A stretch of DNA of 64,000 nucleotides from Candidatus Woesebacteria bacterium GW2011_GWB1_39_10. Lineage in GTDB: Bacteria; Patescibacteriota; Microgenomatia; UBA8517. This document shows positions 29,949-40,567 of this stretch, piece by piece (within the stretch, counting starts at the first letter, position 1; every line of letters begins with the position of its first letter). The notes under the pieces are model-generated. The model was not told the origin of the DNA, searched no databases, and was given only the letters and a program-made list of their open reading frames with translations. Both the position numbers and the translations under genes were made by a program. Location of the stretch: contig LBVU01000002.1 of the NCBI GenBank assembly GCA_000993205.1, positions 117,079-181,078 on the forward strand, in the 5' to 3' direction.

Positions 29949-30668
29949 TTAACGTCTCTCGTGCCCCCCGCGATTCCCTTCGGGAGATTTGAATGCTTTT
30001 TCCCTGACCTCATTCCATACAAGGTTGTGAATTTCTTCGGGAGTCTTAAGTTTGCCCTCTTTTGTACAATCTATTCCAACTATATTAGGAAAAAAATTTG
30101 GAATATCTTGATATATTCCGGCAACTTCTAACTGGTATGCAACATCGGCCTCATGAATATCTTTTTTACCACCATCTAGGTATGCCCTAGCCTTTTTCAG
30201 TTCTATAAGTTGGGCACTTATTTCTGCGGGTATGTGCAAAACGATATTTAGGTCTTCTTTTGGAATTCCGTAAACTACATATTCCAACTCCTGTAAAAAT
30301 TGTATAAATTTTGGACGCTCCTCAACTGGGAGTTTTGCTGACTGGTGAGCCACATTTGATAAAAAATATCTGTTCGACACCACATTCACTCCACCCAATA
30401 ACATTTCATTAATTTTTGAACTGGCCTGCCATCTGTCACCGGCATAAGTTAATGAAGCGAGGTATGGATTTACTTCCTTAAGACCCCCAAATTCACCTTT
30501 TAAAAACCGGCCAACCAAATTTCCAAAAAAACTTGTCTCATATTGGGGGAGGTCAAAAAACTCAACAGGAATTCTCTGTTCTTGAAAACGCGACATTAAC
30601 AGCTTGGCCTGTGTCTCTTTTCCTGTTCCATCAGGACCCTCAATGACAACAAAGCTTCCTTTCTTCAT
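29949..30668 (-). CDS. tmk: Thymidylate kinase
   Basis: VIEGPDGTGKETQ, YAGDR, NRY, DIHE. Confidence 0.9.
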   Translation of the reverse strand: MKKGSFVVIEGPDGTGKETQAKLLMSRFQEQRIPVEFFDLPQYETSFFGNLVGRFLKGEFGGLKEVNPYLASLTYAGDRWQASSKINEMLLGGVNVVSNRYFLSNVAHQSAKLPVEERPKFIQFLQELEYVVYGIPKEDLNIVLHIPAEISAQLIELKKARAYLDGGKKDIHEADVAYQLEVAGIYQDIPNFFPNIVGIDCTKEGKLKTPEEIHNLVWNEVREKAFKSPEGNRGGHERR

Positions 30669-31288
30669 GATTTATTTTTACCCGGTCGCCCTGGAACTTC
30701 GTGATGCTGACGACACCTGGCTTCATAGTCACTTTCTGCCCCAACTAGAATTAACGGATCGTCATAATTTGCAGGAATTCTTTTTCCGTCTATTATCTTG
30801 ATTCTTTGCGTAAATGAAGCCTCCCTATGACAAACGTTGCAAAAAGCATGCATCGAATGCACGTCCTCCGCCTCCTGTTTAAGAACTGCCATTGGTCCAA
30901 AAGGTTCACCTCTAAAATCTTTATCAAGTCCTGCAACAATCACTCTTTTTCCACGCAGAACAAGTTCACGACAGATGTCGGTAAGCCCCATATCAAAAAA
31001 ATTTCCTTCGTCGATACCTACAATGTCATGTTCAGGTGAAACCAGGTCCAGGATTTCAGATGAATTGTGTACTGTCACAGCAGGATATTGCGCCCCATCA
31101 TCGGAATTAATTGTATTTTTTTCCCGCCTGTCATCGACCGCCGGAGTAAAAGCTATCACCTTTAAACCCGCATGAGGGGCTCGCCTTAGTTCCGTAATTA
31201 ATTGGCTGCTCTTTCCGCTAAACATCGGTCCGCAAAATATTTCGAGTCCGGGATGCAAATGTTCTTTTTCTGTGATTCTTTCTTTCAT
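30665..31288 (-). CDS. tdk: Thymidine kinase
   Basis: GPMFSGKS, IDEG, AGLDKDFRGEPF, YEARCR. Confidence 0.95.
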   Translation of the reverse strand: MKERITEKEHLHPGLEIFCGPMFSGKSSQLITELRRAPHAGLKVIAFTPAVDDRREKNTINSDDGAQYPAVTVHNSSEILDLVSPEHDIVGIDEGNFFDMGLTDICRELVLRGKRVIVAGLDKDFRGEPFGPMAVLKQEAEDVHSMHAFCNVCHREASFTQRIKIIDGKRIPANYDDPLILVGAESDYEARCRQHHEVPGRPGKNKS

Positions 31289-31289
31289 A

Positions 31290-31499
31290 TTATTTTTTAA
31301 CTATTCCAAGTTTTGTAAGTTTTTCCATTAACTCTTCTCTTTCTCTTTTATTAGTAAGGCCGACAGCCTTTGAGGCCTGATTTACCTGATCTTCAGTAAA
31401 AACCAGTCCCGGTATAACTTCCCCAAGCCATTTTTCAGCACCGGGATTAACGGTTCGTTTTGTTGGTTCGGGTTCCCGATTTTGAAATTCAGCGCTCAT
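31290..31499 (-). CDS. Small hypothetical protein
   Basis: 69-aa ORF abutting tdk. Confidence 0.6.
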   Translation of the reverse strand: MSAEFQNREPEPTKRTVNPGAEKWLGEVIPGLVFTEDQVNQASKAVGLTNKREREELMEKLTKLGIVKK

Positions 31500-31600
31500 G
31501 TTATCTTTATCTGAAAGCTTTTTATCAGTTGACGAAGAGGGGTGTCAATACACAAATTGTGTCTCTTTATTTTTGCGCAATTTCTTGATATTAATATTGT

Positions 31601-32176
31601 ATGAAAGAGCTTCTGTGTATAACAGGACTTACTGGTTCCGGTAAAAGTGTCGCTTCAGACTTTTTTGTAGACAAAGGTTACCAATATGTTAGGTTTGGTC
31701 AAATAGTTTTGGATGAAATCAAAAGAAGAAACTTGGAGCCAATTGAAGCAAATGAGCGGCCCATCCGTGAAGAGTTCAGACAAAAATACGGAATGGCCGC
31801 AATGGCAATATTGAATCTTCCAAGGTTTAAAAAACTATTAGAAATTGGGGATGTTTTGGGTGATGGGCTTTATAGTTTTGAAGAATACAAAGTCTTAAAA
31901 AAAGAATTCGGAAAACAATTTATTACTGTCGCAGTTTATGCCCCGCCTGAGTTGAGATACGAAAGGCTGACGAAACGGAAATTAGTAAGCTCAGATACGG
32001 CGCTTAGAGATCGTCCCGCAACCAAAGAAGCCGCCGAGTCCAGAGATTACGCAGAACTTGAAAATTTAAACAAAGGCGCGACTATCGCCATGGCCGACTA
32101 CACCATTTTGAATACAAAAGATTTAGATTTTTTTAAAAAACAATTGGAAGAAATTTTTAACGAAATTCAATCCTAA
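31601..32176 (+). CDS. Dephospho-CoA kinase-like P-loop kinase
   Basis: GLTGSGKS, LRYERL, ADYTILN. Confidence 0.8.
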   Translation: MKELLCITGLTGSGKSVASDFFVDKGYQYVRFGQIVLDEIKRRNLEPIEANERPIREEFRQKYGMAAMAILNLPRFKKLLEIGDVLGDGLYSFEEYKVLKKEFGKQFITVAVYAPPELRYERLTKRKLVSSDTALRDRPATKEAAESRDYAELENLNKGATIAMADYTILNTKDLDFFKKQLEEIFNEIQS

Positions 32177-32185
32177 ATATGGTGA

Positions 32186-32213
32186 TGTTCTACTGTTCTA
32201 GAACAATAGAACA
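32186..32213. repeat. 28-bp quasi-palindrome identical to 63008-63035
   Basis: tgttctactgttctagaacaatagaaca. Confidence 0.85.
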
Positions 32214-32299
32214 GACAAGCCAAGTGAAACACAAAATTTCTAAAGACATGAGTGATACATCTATATATAACGATATATCATAGAGTTGCCTCCATATCT

Positions 32300-34339
32300 T
32301 TATATTTCTTCCTTTTTCGGACTCCTCCAAGAGGCATATTTACAATCCGGATAGCGGGAACAGCCAAAAAACCTTCTACCCTTTCCCGTCTTTTTTACAA
32401 TCACTTCACCCTTTTTACACTCCGGGCAAATTACTCCCACTTTTTCCAAATATTTTTCGGTGTGTTTACATTCAGGGAAAAGCGAACAGGAAATGAACTT
32501 TCCAAATCTTCCGGTCCTTACTACCAACTCACCTGTTCTGGTTTTGTCGCCATCTGTCCTAGCTTGATCGCAGTCGGGGCAAGGTCGGCCCAGTTTTTCC
32601 GTTTCAATTTTTACCCTTTCGCTATTTTTCTCAACATCTTTTAACTTCTTTGCAAATGGTTCGTAAAATTCTTTAATTGGGGACTCCCACTTTATTTTGC
32701 CATTTGCTACATCGTCCAAATCATTCTCCATTTTCGCAGTAAATTGATAGTCAAAAGTTTCCGGAAAATTTCCGATCAAAAAATCGTTAACAGCGATACC
32801 TATGGATGTGGGGGTAAATTGCTTGCTTTGGTTTTTTTCAATATAGTTTCTAACCTGAACGGTTGAAATTGTGGGGGCATACGTTGAAGGTCTTCCAATC
32901 CCCAACTTTTCCAAGGTTTTGATTAATGACGCCTCGTTATACCTTGCCGGAGGTTGCGTAAATTTCTGATCTCCCCAAGTTTTAATTAGATCAAGTTTTT
33001 CATCCTTTTCAACATCGGGTAAAACATTCACCTCGGGAGAGTCAAAGACCACTCCCGAGGTGTCTTTCATTTGTTTAACCGGAATCACTTTACGCCAACC
33101 GTCGAAATTCATTATTTGACCGCTGGATCTAAGCGTATAGATGTTAGCATTTAGCGTACAGGTAGCTAAAATTTCAAGAACAGTCTCGTCAAAAATTGAG
33201 GCACTCATCTGACATGCAACAAATCTCGCCCAGATTAATTCATATAGTTTTTGTTCTTCTTCGAAGAATTTGTCATTTGTTATTTGCTTGTCCCCAGAGG
33301 GGGATAATTTGTTATTTACAGACGTCGGCCTGATGGCTTCATGCGCTTCTTGAGCTACTTTAGAGGTGGTCTTAAAAAATCTGGGAGAGGCCGGCAAATA
33401 TTTATCGCCATATTCTTTTTGAATAAATATCCTGGCAGAATCCACCGCGGTTTTGGCTAAGTTCAACGAATCGGTTCTGTGGTATGTAATATAACCCTCT
33501 TCATATAACTTCTGAGCGACTGACATTGTTTTTTTGGATGACCATCCAAAAACTCTCGACCCCGCTTGAGATAACGTTGATGTTGTAAAAGGAGGGTAAG
33601 GACTTTTTGTAACCTGACGTTTTTTTACGTCCGCAACCTTGTATTCCGATTTTTCCAGTTCAGCAGTGATCAGTTCAGCAGTTTTCATATCTTTAGCCTC
33701 ATTTTTTACCAACTGAACAGTGAACGCTGGCGAACTGTTAAACTGTTTAACTGTTGCAAATATTTCCCAATACTCCTCTGCTTTAAACTTTCCAATCTCC
33801 CGTTCTTTTTCGACAACCAAACGAACCACAACCGATTGGACCCGACCGGCAGACAAACCAACTCTCACCTTTTTCCAAAGAAGTGGAGAAAGCTTATAAC
33901 CCACAAGCCGATCGAGAACACGTCGAGCTGTTTGAGCATCAACAAGATTGGTATCAATATCGTGTGGATTTTTAAGAGCTTCATCAACAGCACCTTTAGT
34001 AATTTCATGAAAAGAAACTCGCTTTATGCTATATGCTTTATGGGGTACGGTCAGGATTTCACTCACATGGGATGCGATTGCTTCACCTTCGCGGTCAGGA
34101 TCGGATGCAATAAAGATTTGCTTTGCGCTTTTGGCTTTATGTTGTATGGCTTTGATTGTATCTTTTCTTTTTTCTACGTCCACAAATTCAGGTGCAAAAT
34201 CATGTTCAATGTCTACCCCAAGTGTGCTTTTGGGCAAGTCCTTAATGTGACCCATGGTCGCCTCCACGTCATATTCGCCCCCGAGAAATTTGGAGAGTGT
34301 ACGAGCTTTTGTCGGACTTTCTACGATAATTAATTGCAT
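32300..34339 (-). CDS. topA: DNA topoisomerase I
   Basis: LIIVESPTK, DPDREGE, SAGRVQS, ITYHRTD, GRPSTY, zinc ribbons. Confidence 0.97.
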   Translation of the reverse strand: MQLIIVESPTKARTLSKFLGGEYDVEATMGHIKDLPKSTLGVDIEHDFAPEFVDVEKRKDTIKAIQHKAKSAKQIFIASDPDREGEAIASHVSEILTVPHKAYSIKRVSFHEITKGAVDEALKNPHDIDTNLVDAQTARRVLDRLVGYKLSPLLWKKVRVGLSAGRVQSVVVRLVVEKEREIGKFKAEEYWEIFATVKQFNSSPAFTVQLVKNEAKDMKTAELITAELEKSEYKVADVKKRQVTKSPYPPFTTSTLSQAGSRVFGWSSKKTMSVAQKLYEEGYITYHRTDSLNLAKTAVDSARIFIQKEYGDKYLPASPRFFKTTSKVAQEAHEAIRPTSVNNKLSPSGDKQITNDKFFEEEQKLYELIWARFVACQMSASIFDETVLEILATCTLNANIYTLRSSGQIMNFDGWRKVIPVKQMKDTSGVVFDSPEVNVLPDVEKDEKLDLIKTWGDQKFTQPPARYNEASLIKTLEKLGIGRPSTYAPTISTVQVRNYIEKNQSKQFTPTSIGIAVNDFLIGNFPETFDYQFTAKMENDLDDVANGKIKWESPIKEFYEPFAKKLKDVEKNSERVKIETEKLGRPCPDCDQARTDGDKTRTGELVVRTGRFGKFISCSLFPECKHTEKYLEKVGVICPECKKGEVIVKKTGKGRRFFGCSRYPDCKYASWRSPKKEEI

Positions 34340-34422
34340 ATGCTTTTGCTTGCCCCGTTAGAAGCGATAGCTTTCTAATGGGGTTGGTGACTCGACAATA
34401 ATTAAATCCATATCGTTAAAAT

Positions 34423-35508
34423 TTAGGCCTTTTTAAAAACCCCCTGGCCTAAATTTCTAACCATTCCTTTCATTTCCATAATGGTAAGTCTAGCAGACAC
34501 TTCACTTGTAGCGCCACCTGATATTCTAACAAGCTCGTCAAGATGCAGGGGCTCTGTCATCAATATTTTTAAAATTTTCTCTTCATACACATCTCCCGGC
34601 ATAACTTTTTTGACTGCTTCTTTATCTACCTTAAATTGCAAATGAAGTTCGTCCAAAATGTCCTTTGTGGAAGTTGCCAACTTACTACCGTTCTGAATTA
34701 AATAGTTTGGAGCCTCTGAAGTCGGTGAAGTTATTGGGCCCGGCACCGCAAAAACAGTGCGCCCCTGATCTGCCGCAGCCTTAACGGTATAAAACGTCCC
34801 ACTTTTCATTCTTCCCTCAACAACGATAACCGCTTTAGATAAACCAGAAATTAGTCTATCTCTCACCGGAAAATCGTAAGGATGAGGCTCATAACCCAAA
34901 GGGTTTTCGGAAACGACAGCGCCTCCGTCCTTTGAAATAAACTCAAGAGCAAGTTTTTTATTTGTATAGGGAGAGATGATGTCCAACCCCGACGCAAGTG
35001 CTGATATGGTCCGTCCGCCAACAGAAAGCGCCGCTCTTTGAGCTTCCGCGTCCACCCCAAGCGCCAAACCGGAAACGATGGTAACACCAAAACTTGCGAG
35101 TTCCCCAGCAAACTTTTTGGCTACCTCGCGACCGTAAGAAGTCATCATGCGCGATCCCACTATGGCAACTGCGTTTGAATCTGTATTTTTAAAATTACCC
35201 CGAATATACAAAACGAATGGCGCGTCAGACAAACCTTTAAGATTTTCCGGATAATCGTCGTCAAAAATCGTTACAACTTTTATTGAAAGTTTTTCTAGTT
35301 TTGAAAGATAATCTTGAATATTGAAAGAATCCCTATGCTTGATAAATTTTTCAGCAGTTTCTTGTTTGACACCAACTTCTGTTAATTCTGACAATTTGAG
35401 ATCCCAAATCTTTTTGGCAGATTTGAAGTAAGAAAGAAGAAGTTTTGTCCTCGCCGGACCAAACATTGTAAAGGTGTTTAGAGCAGTTAAATATTCTTTT
35501 TCGGTCAT
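34423..35508 (-). CDS. dprA: DNA-protecting protein DprA
   Basis: VAIVGSR, VSGLALGVD, FPVRDRLISG, VPG; topA synteny. Confidence 0.95.
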   Translation of the reverse strand: MTEKEYLTALNTFTMFGPARTKLLLSYFKSAKKIWDLKLSELTEVGVKQETAEKFIKHRDSFNIQDYLSKLEKLSIKVVTIFDDDYPENLKGLSDAPFVLYIRGNFKNTDSNAVAIVGSRMMTSYGREVAKKFAGELASFGVTIVSGLALGVDAEAQRAALSVGGRTISALASGLDIISPYTNKKLALEFISKDGGAVVSENPLGYEPHPYDFPVRDRLISGLSKAVIVVEGRMKSGTFYTVKAAADQGRTVFAVPGPITSPTSEAPNYLIQNGSKLATSTKDILDELHLQFKVDKEAVKKVMPGDVYEEKILKILMTEPLHLDELVRISGGATSEVSARLTIMEMKGMVRNLGQGVFKKA

Positions 35509-37118
35509 TGGGTAGTTGAAACTCCGGCAAAATAATAATCAAAAATTTTTCTTGCAACGGGACCTGCAACTTGCGACCCTTGTCCGCCTTTTTCAAATAA
35601 TATCGTCGCGACAATCTGAGGTTTGTCGATAGGAGAAAATACCGTAAACCATGCATGAGGGTTCCCGTCTGCAGAAACTTCAGCTGTTCCTGTTTTACAA
35701 GCAACTGTTTGACCAGAATGTTTGGCAGAAAAATCAAAAAAAGTATATGCAGTTCCACCCTCGCTACACACTCCTTTCATTCCCTCTTTAACCAAATTTA
35801 TATTTTGTTGATTAATCCTGTAGTTTTTACACCTAGCGGGTGTGGAAGCTATAAGATGTGGGACGCAAGATAATCCATCATTCGCAATTCCAGTTATAAA
35901 GGTATTAATTTCTATTGGGGTTAAGGCAACATATCCCTGACCTATACTCATGTGATACGTGTCTCCCAAATACCACTGTTCTTTTATTGTGTCTTTTTTC
36001 CAATCTGTTGAAGGAATCAGACCACTGGTTTCACCCGGTAGATCGATCCCTGTAATTTTATCAAGTCCAAAGGTTTTTGCCCATTTTGTAATATTGTTTG
36101 GACCAACCATTTCCCCAACCTTGTAAAAAAATGTGTCAGTTGAACGCGCAATTGCGCGCGTCAGGTCTATTTCTCCTTCTGTACGGCCATATTCCACCAG
36201 ATACCAATTTCTGTAAGTAAATCCATTGACAGTAATTGAACCAGTATCGTTATAACGAAAATTTTTATCGATAACATTTTCCTGTAAGGCTGCGATTGCT
36301 GTGACGGGTTTAAAAACACTTCCCGGATGGAATGTCCCGCTTACCACTCTATTAAAAAGAGGGAGATTTTGATCATTCAACGAAGCAGCAATATTATCCG
36401 GATCAAAAGACGGCGAAGAATAAAAAGCTAATATTGCGCCTTCTACGTCGGTTACAATAGCGGCCCCTTTTTGGTTATCCATGTCGTTTGCTACTTCGGT
36501 CTGTAAACCAAAATCAATTGTTGTTTTAATATCTTGCCCGGGGATCGGATTACGTTTCCCAAGTGATCTAATTTTAACTCCTTGGGTATTTACTTCGATA
36601 AGTTCTTCGCCGGGCATGCCCAATAACAGACATTGATATTCTTCTTCCAACCCCGTTCTCCCAACTAACGTACCCGAAAGTGTTTGGCCTTTTTCAGAAC
36701 ATTTTGGATCAATTCTACCAACTTCAGTGTCTCCTGCCTGGGTTAAATAGCCGATCGCATGTGCTCCTTTGCCACCGAGTGAATAATATCTTTTATAATC
36801 AGTGATTATTTCATCGGGAGACGCATCTGTTAGATCGTCCGTAATTTCAAAGCTTCCATTTTTGTTAAATTTAACCCTTTTTTTTGTCTCGAAATTCCCC
36901 GCCAAAATCTCACCACCACGCGCGATTATTTTCCCGCGAGGGGCAGGAATCGGAATATGGCGGACTCTATTTTCCTCGGAAAGTTTTCGGTAGTAATCAC
37001 CTTTGATTATCTGAACCTCAATAAGTTTTGCAAAAAGAACTAAAAAAACGACAATTAAAAGTCCTCTCAAAAACCACGAAAGCCAAGACTGTTGATTGTT
37101 TGAAGAGAAAGAATTCAT
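35505..37118 (-). CDS. mrdA: Class B penicillin-binding protein 2
   Basis: APRGKI, PGSVFK, KTGTAE. Confidence 0.9.
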   Translation of the reverse strand: MNSFSSNNQQSWLSWFLRGLLIVVFLVLFAKLIEVQIIKGDYYRKLSEENRVRHIPIPAPRGKIIARGGEILAGNFETKKRVKFNKNGSFEITDDLTDASPDEIITDYKRYYSLGGKGAHAIGYLTQAGDTEVGRIDPKCSEKGQTLSGTLVGRTGLEEEYQCLLLGMPGEELIEVNTQGVKIRSLGKRNPIPGQDIKTTIDFGLQTEVANDMDNQKGAAIVTDVEGAILAFYSSPSFDPDNIAASLNDQNLPLFNRVVSGTFHPGSVFKPVTAIAALQENVIDKNFRYNDTGSITVNGFTYRNWYLVEYGRTEGEIDLTRAIARSTDTFFYKVGEMVGPNNITKWAKTFGLDKITGIDLPGETSGLIPSTDWKKDTIKEQWYLGDTYHMSIGQGYVALTPIEINTFITGIANDGLSCVPHLIASTPARCKNYRINQQNINLVKEGMKGVCSEGGTAYTFFDFSAKHSGQTVACKTGTAEVSADGNPHAWFTVFSPIDKPQIVATILFEKGGQGSQVAGPVARKIFDYYFAGVSTTQ

Positions 37119-37251
37119 CGAATTATTCTAACATTAAAAAGAAGTATGTCTAACTCACTATATTGATATGTACCAATATAGTGTCGGCAACAAATCTGAC
37201 TTAGAATTGTACCATTGTTACATAACAATGGTACAAAACGTCAATTTATTA

Positions 37252-38328
37252 TTAAAGACCTTTTGTTATCCTTATCTTCTTCAAAAGCCCGTTGTCTTCA
37301 AGGCACGCGCCACAACCCCGTACTACGCAAGTTAATGGGTCTTCAGCTATCCAAACAGGCATTTTAGTTGCCTCAGAAATTACTTTATCAATTCCCCCAA
37401 TGAGTGAACCACCACCTGCAAGTGTTATTCCTTTTTCCATAATATCGCTGGTAAGTTCCGGCGGAGTCTCCTCCAGAGTGTCGACTATATTCGCAACAAT
37501 TTCCTGGATAATGGTTGAAAGAGCTTCCTGAATTTCACCGCTCGTTAATTTGATTGATTTTGGCAACCCTGTTTCCAAATCCCTCCCCCGAACAACTGTA
37601 AATTTACCAGCAGGTTGATCCTTTGAAGTAAAGCCTGCAATTTCTATTTTTACTTTTTCGGCTGTGGGTTGTCCCAAAAGAAGTGAGTATTTAAGTCTGA
37701 CATAATTTATTATAGCCTCATCCATTTCATCTCCGGCAACACGGACACTTCTCCCGAGAACTATTCCGCCCAATGAAATTATCGCAATTTCGCTTGTTCC
37801 TCCTCCTATATCAACTATAAAATTGCCCTCGGGGCCTTCTATTGGCAACTTTGCTCCAATTGCCGCAGCTATCGGCTCTTCGATTAAATACGCTTCACGG
37901 GCGCCGGCATCGAGTGCCGCGTCCGCCACGGCACGCCTTTCCACATCCGTTACGCCCGAAGGAATTCCGATAACAACTCTTGGACGCGGAATTTTTGGCA
38001 TTATGGTTCCTGATTCGTGAACTTTCTGAATGTAGTGCTTAAGCATCGCCGCCGTTGCATCAAAATCGGCAATTACCCCGTCCCGAAGCGGCCTGATTGT
38101 TTCAATTGTTGCGGGCGCTCTTCCATACATCCTTTTTGCGCTTGTTCCGATTGCCAAAATTTCTTTGGTTTTTTTGTGACGCGCAACAGCCGAAGGTTCT
38201 CGTATTACAATACCTTTACCGCGGACGTAAACTAGAGTATTGGCCGTCCCCAAATCGATACCAATGTCATGCGAGAAAAGTCCCAAAAAGCAGTCTATCG
38301 GATTTACAAATCTAACAAAATTTCGCAT
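37252..38328 (-). CDS. mreB: Rod shape-determining protein MreB
   Basis: IGIDLGTAN, DIGGGT, LAGGG. Confidence 0.96.
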   Translation of the reverse strand: MRNFVRFVNPIDCFLGLFSHDIGIDLGTANTLVYVRGKGIVIREPSAVARHKKTKEILAIGTSAKRMYGRAPATIETIRPLRDGVIADFDATAAMLKHYIQKVHESGTIMPKIPRPRVVIGIPSGVTDVERRAVADAALDAGAREAYLIEEPIAAAIGAKLPIEGPEGNFIVDIGGGTSEIAIISLGGIVLGRSVRVAGDEMDEAIINYVRLKYSLLLGQPTAEKVKIEIAGFTSKDQPAGKFTVVRGRDLETGLPKSIKLTSGEIQEALSTIIQEIVANIVDTLEETPPELTSDIMEKGITLAGGGSLIGGIDKVISEATKMPVWIAEDPLTCVVRGCGACLEDNGLLKKIRITKGL

Positions 38329-38406
38329 CGCAACGCAGTATAACCAGTCATGCAAAATAATCAAATATCCAAATCTCAAATTACAAATAAATGATAAAAT
38401 GCATAA

Positions 38407-40524
38407 ATGATTAAATTACAAAAAATTATTTTCATTCTTTTTGCAATTCTTTTTTTCTTCGTTCCTTTAGTTTTGTGGCCGTATACATCTGAAGTTTTTG
38501 AATTTAACAAAATAGTCTTGGTATACATATTTACGGTTTTGATAGTTGCCGCATGGTTTGCAAGGACTGTCCTTGCACAAAAGATAATATTTCGTCGCAC
38601 AATATTAGATATACCACTTTTGGCATTTTTAGCTTCGCAATTTAGCTCAACCATTCTTTCGATAGACCCATCAACTTCTTGGTTGGGATATTATTCCAGG
38701 TTTAACGGCGGACTGCTTTCTACTATTTCCTATTCCCTACTTTATTGGGCCTTCGTTTCCAACTTAGACCGAAAACACGCCCTATATACTATATATTATA
38801 TACTTGCCTCCGCCTCGCTTGCTTCTGTTTACGGCGTATTAGAGCACTTCGGCATCGATAAAGCCCTCTGGGTTCAGGATGTTGCTTCCCGTGTATTTTC
38901 TACTCTTGGACAGCCGAATTGGCTGGCGGCGTTCCTCGTCGCGCTCCTGCCTATTACATGGGCTTTGGCGCTCACAAGATTCCAGATTCCACAACGAAGT
39001 TGGTTACGTAATTCCAGATTCTTGATACATTTCTTGCTTTCGATCCTATTTTTTTGGACATTAATATTTACCAAATCAAGATCGGGGCTTTTAGGATTTG
39101 GTGTAGCATTTCCGATTTTTTGGATGGGATATTTTTGGCTAAACCGAAAAAGTTTCTTGAAATGTCTTTCCCCTTTTGCCATTATTAGTTCTTCACTATT
39201 AATTATTAGTTTAATTTCCGGTACTCAATATACTCCCAACCTATATAACTTCTTAATTAAAACCAATAAAGGCTTGCCGGCCGAAACCCTGGTGAAGGCT
39301 GGGCCGGCTCTTGAAGTCGGTGGAACCGAGTCCGGTACTATCCGGAAAATCGTATGGCGCGGGGCTATCGAAATATGGAAACAGTACCCGATTTTTGGAA
39401 CAGGCGTCGAAACTTTTGCTTTTTCTTACTACCAATTTAGGCCCGTCGAACACAATTTAGTCTCCGAATGGGATTTTATTTACAACAAAGCACACAATGA
39501 GTACCTTAATCTCGCAGCCAATACAGGTAGTTTTGGATTAATTGCCTATTTAGTTCTTGTTAGTTTCTCGATATATCAAATGATTAAGAATTTACAATTT
39601 ACAATTTACAATTTACAAACAAATTCTAAGTTTGAAAATTTCAAAAATGAAAATTTATTGAAAATTGGTAATTGGAAATTGGTAATTCTCGGCCTCTTGG
39701 CCGGTTATACAAGTCTTCTCGTAACCAATTTTTTTGGTTTTTCGGTCGTTCCAACCCAACTCCAGTTATTTTTATTTCCGGCGATAGCGATTATTTTAGC
39801 TAAAAGTGAAGAGGTAAAAGTGAAAAGTGAAACGATAAATACCAATCAAAAAGTTCTAATTCTTATAACGCTCTTAGTTCTTAGTTATTCGCTTTTCGTT
39901 ATCGGCAAATATTGGTATTCCGATACTCTTTATGCCAAAGGTAAGGGATATAACAGCATTCAACGACCGGATGCCGCCATCAACTATTTAGTCCGGGCTA
40001 CTAATATGAAACCCAACCAACCACTATTTCACAGTGAGTTGGCAAACTCATACGCGGCCATGGCGCTTGCTCTTTATAACCAGAAAGACATAAATGGATC
40101 TAAAAAGTATGTCGATTTGGCAATTAGCGAATCAGACAAATCTGTTACCCTTTCTGCCTCTATGCTGAATTTAAAAAGATCGCGTTTTGGAGTATTCGTA
40201 GTGCTTTCAACTATAAATCCGAACCATCTTCTTATTGCCCAAGAAACTTTAATTGATGCTATAACATTTGCTCCAACCGATGCAAAACTTTATTACAATT
40301 TAGGTCTGACCTACGCAAGAACCGGCCAACCGGACCGCGCAATTGAAATTCTAATTAAAACAATCGGTTTAAAAGCCAATTACAGAGACGCAAGGCTTGC
40401 ATATGCATATCTCTTAATTGACAAGAACAAGAACACTGAGGCAAAAGAACAACTCGGATATATTCTTAAATCTATCGACCCCAACGATTCACTTGCCAAA
40501 CAGGCGCTTGAGAGCATCAAATAA
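38407..40524 (+). CDS. O-antigen ligase family protein with C-terminal TPR
   Basis: Multi-TM, STLGQPN, TKSRSG, KAHNEYL, TPR-like YYNLG. Confidence 0.88.
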   Translation: MIKLQKIIFILFAILFFFVPLVLWPYTSEVFEFNKIVLVYIFTVLIVAAWFARTVLAQKIIFRRTILDIPLLAFLASQFSSTILSIDPSTSWLGYYSRFNGGLLSTISYSLLYWAFVSNLDRKHALYTIYYILASASLASVYGVLEHFGIDKALWVQDVASRVFSTLGQPNWLAAFLVALLPITWALALTRFQIPQRSWLRNSRFLIHFLLSILFFWTLIFTKSRSGLLGFGVAFPIFWMGYFWLNRKSFLKCLSPFAIISSSLLIISLISGTQYTPNLYNFLIKTNKGLPAETLVKAGPALEVGGTESGTIRKIVWRGAIEIWKQYPIFGTGVETFAFSYYQFRPVEHNLVSEWDFIYNKAHNEYLNLAANTGSFGLIAYLVLVSFSIYQMIKNLQFTIYNLQTNSKFENFKNENLLKIGNWKLVILGLLAGYTSLLVTNFFGFSVVPTQLQLFLFPAIAIILAKSEEVKVKSETINTNQKVLILITLLVLSYSLFVIGKYWYSDTLYAKGKGYNSIQRPDAAINYLVRATNMKPNQPLFHSELANSYAAMALALYNQKDINGSKKYVDLAISESDKSVTLSASMLNLKRSRFGVFVVLSTINPNHLLIAQETLIDAITFAPTDAKLYYNLGLTYARTGQPDRAIEILIKTIGLKANYRDARLAYAYLLIDKNKNTEAKEQLGYILKSIDPNDSLAKQALESIK

Positions 40525-40567
40525 CTTGAAATATCAGATTAATCCGATTCTCTGGTATAATTCGTAA

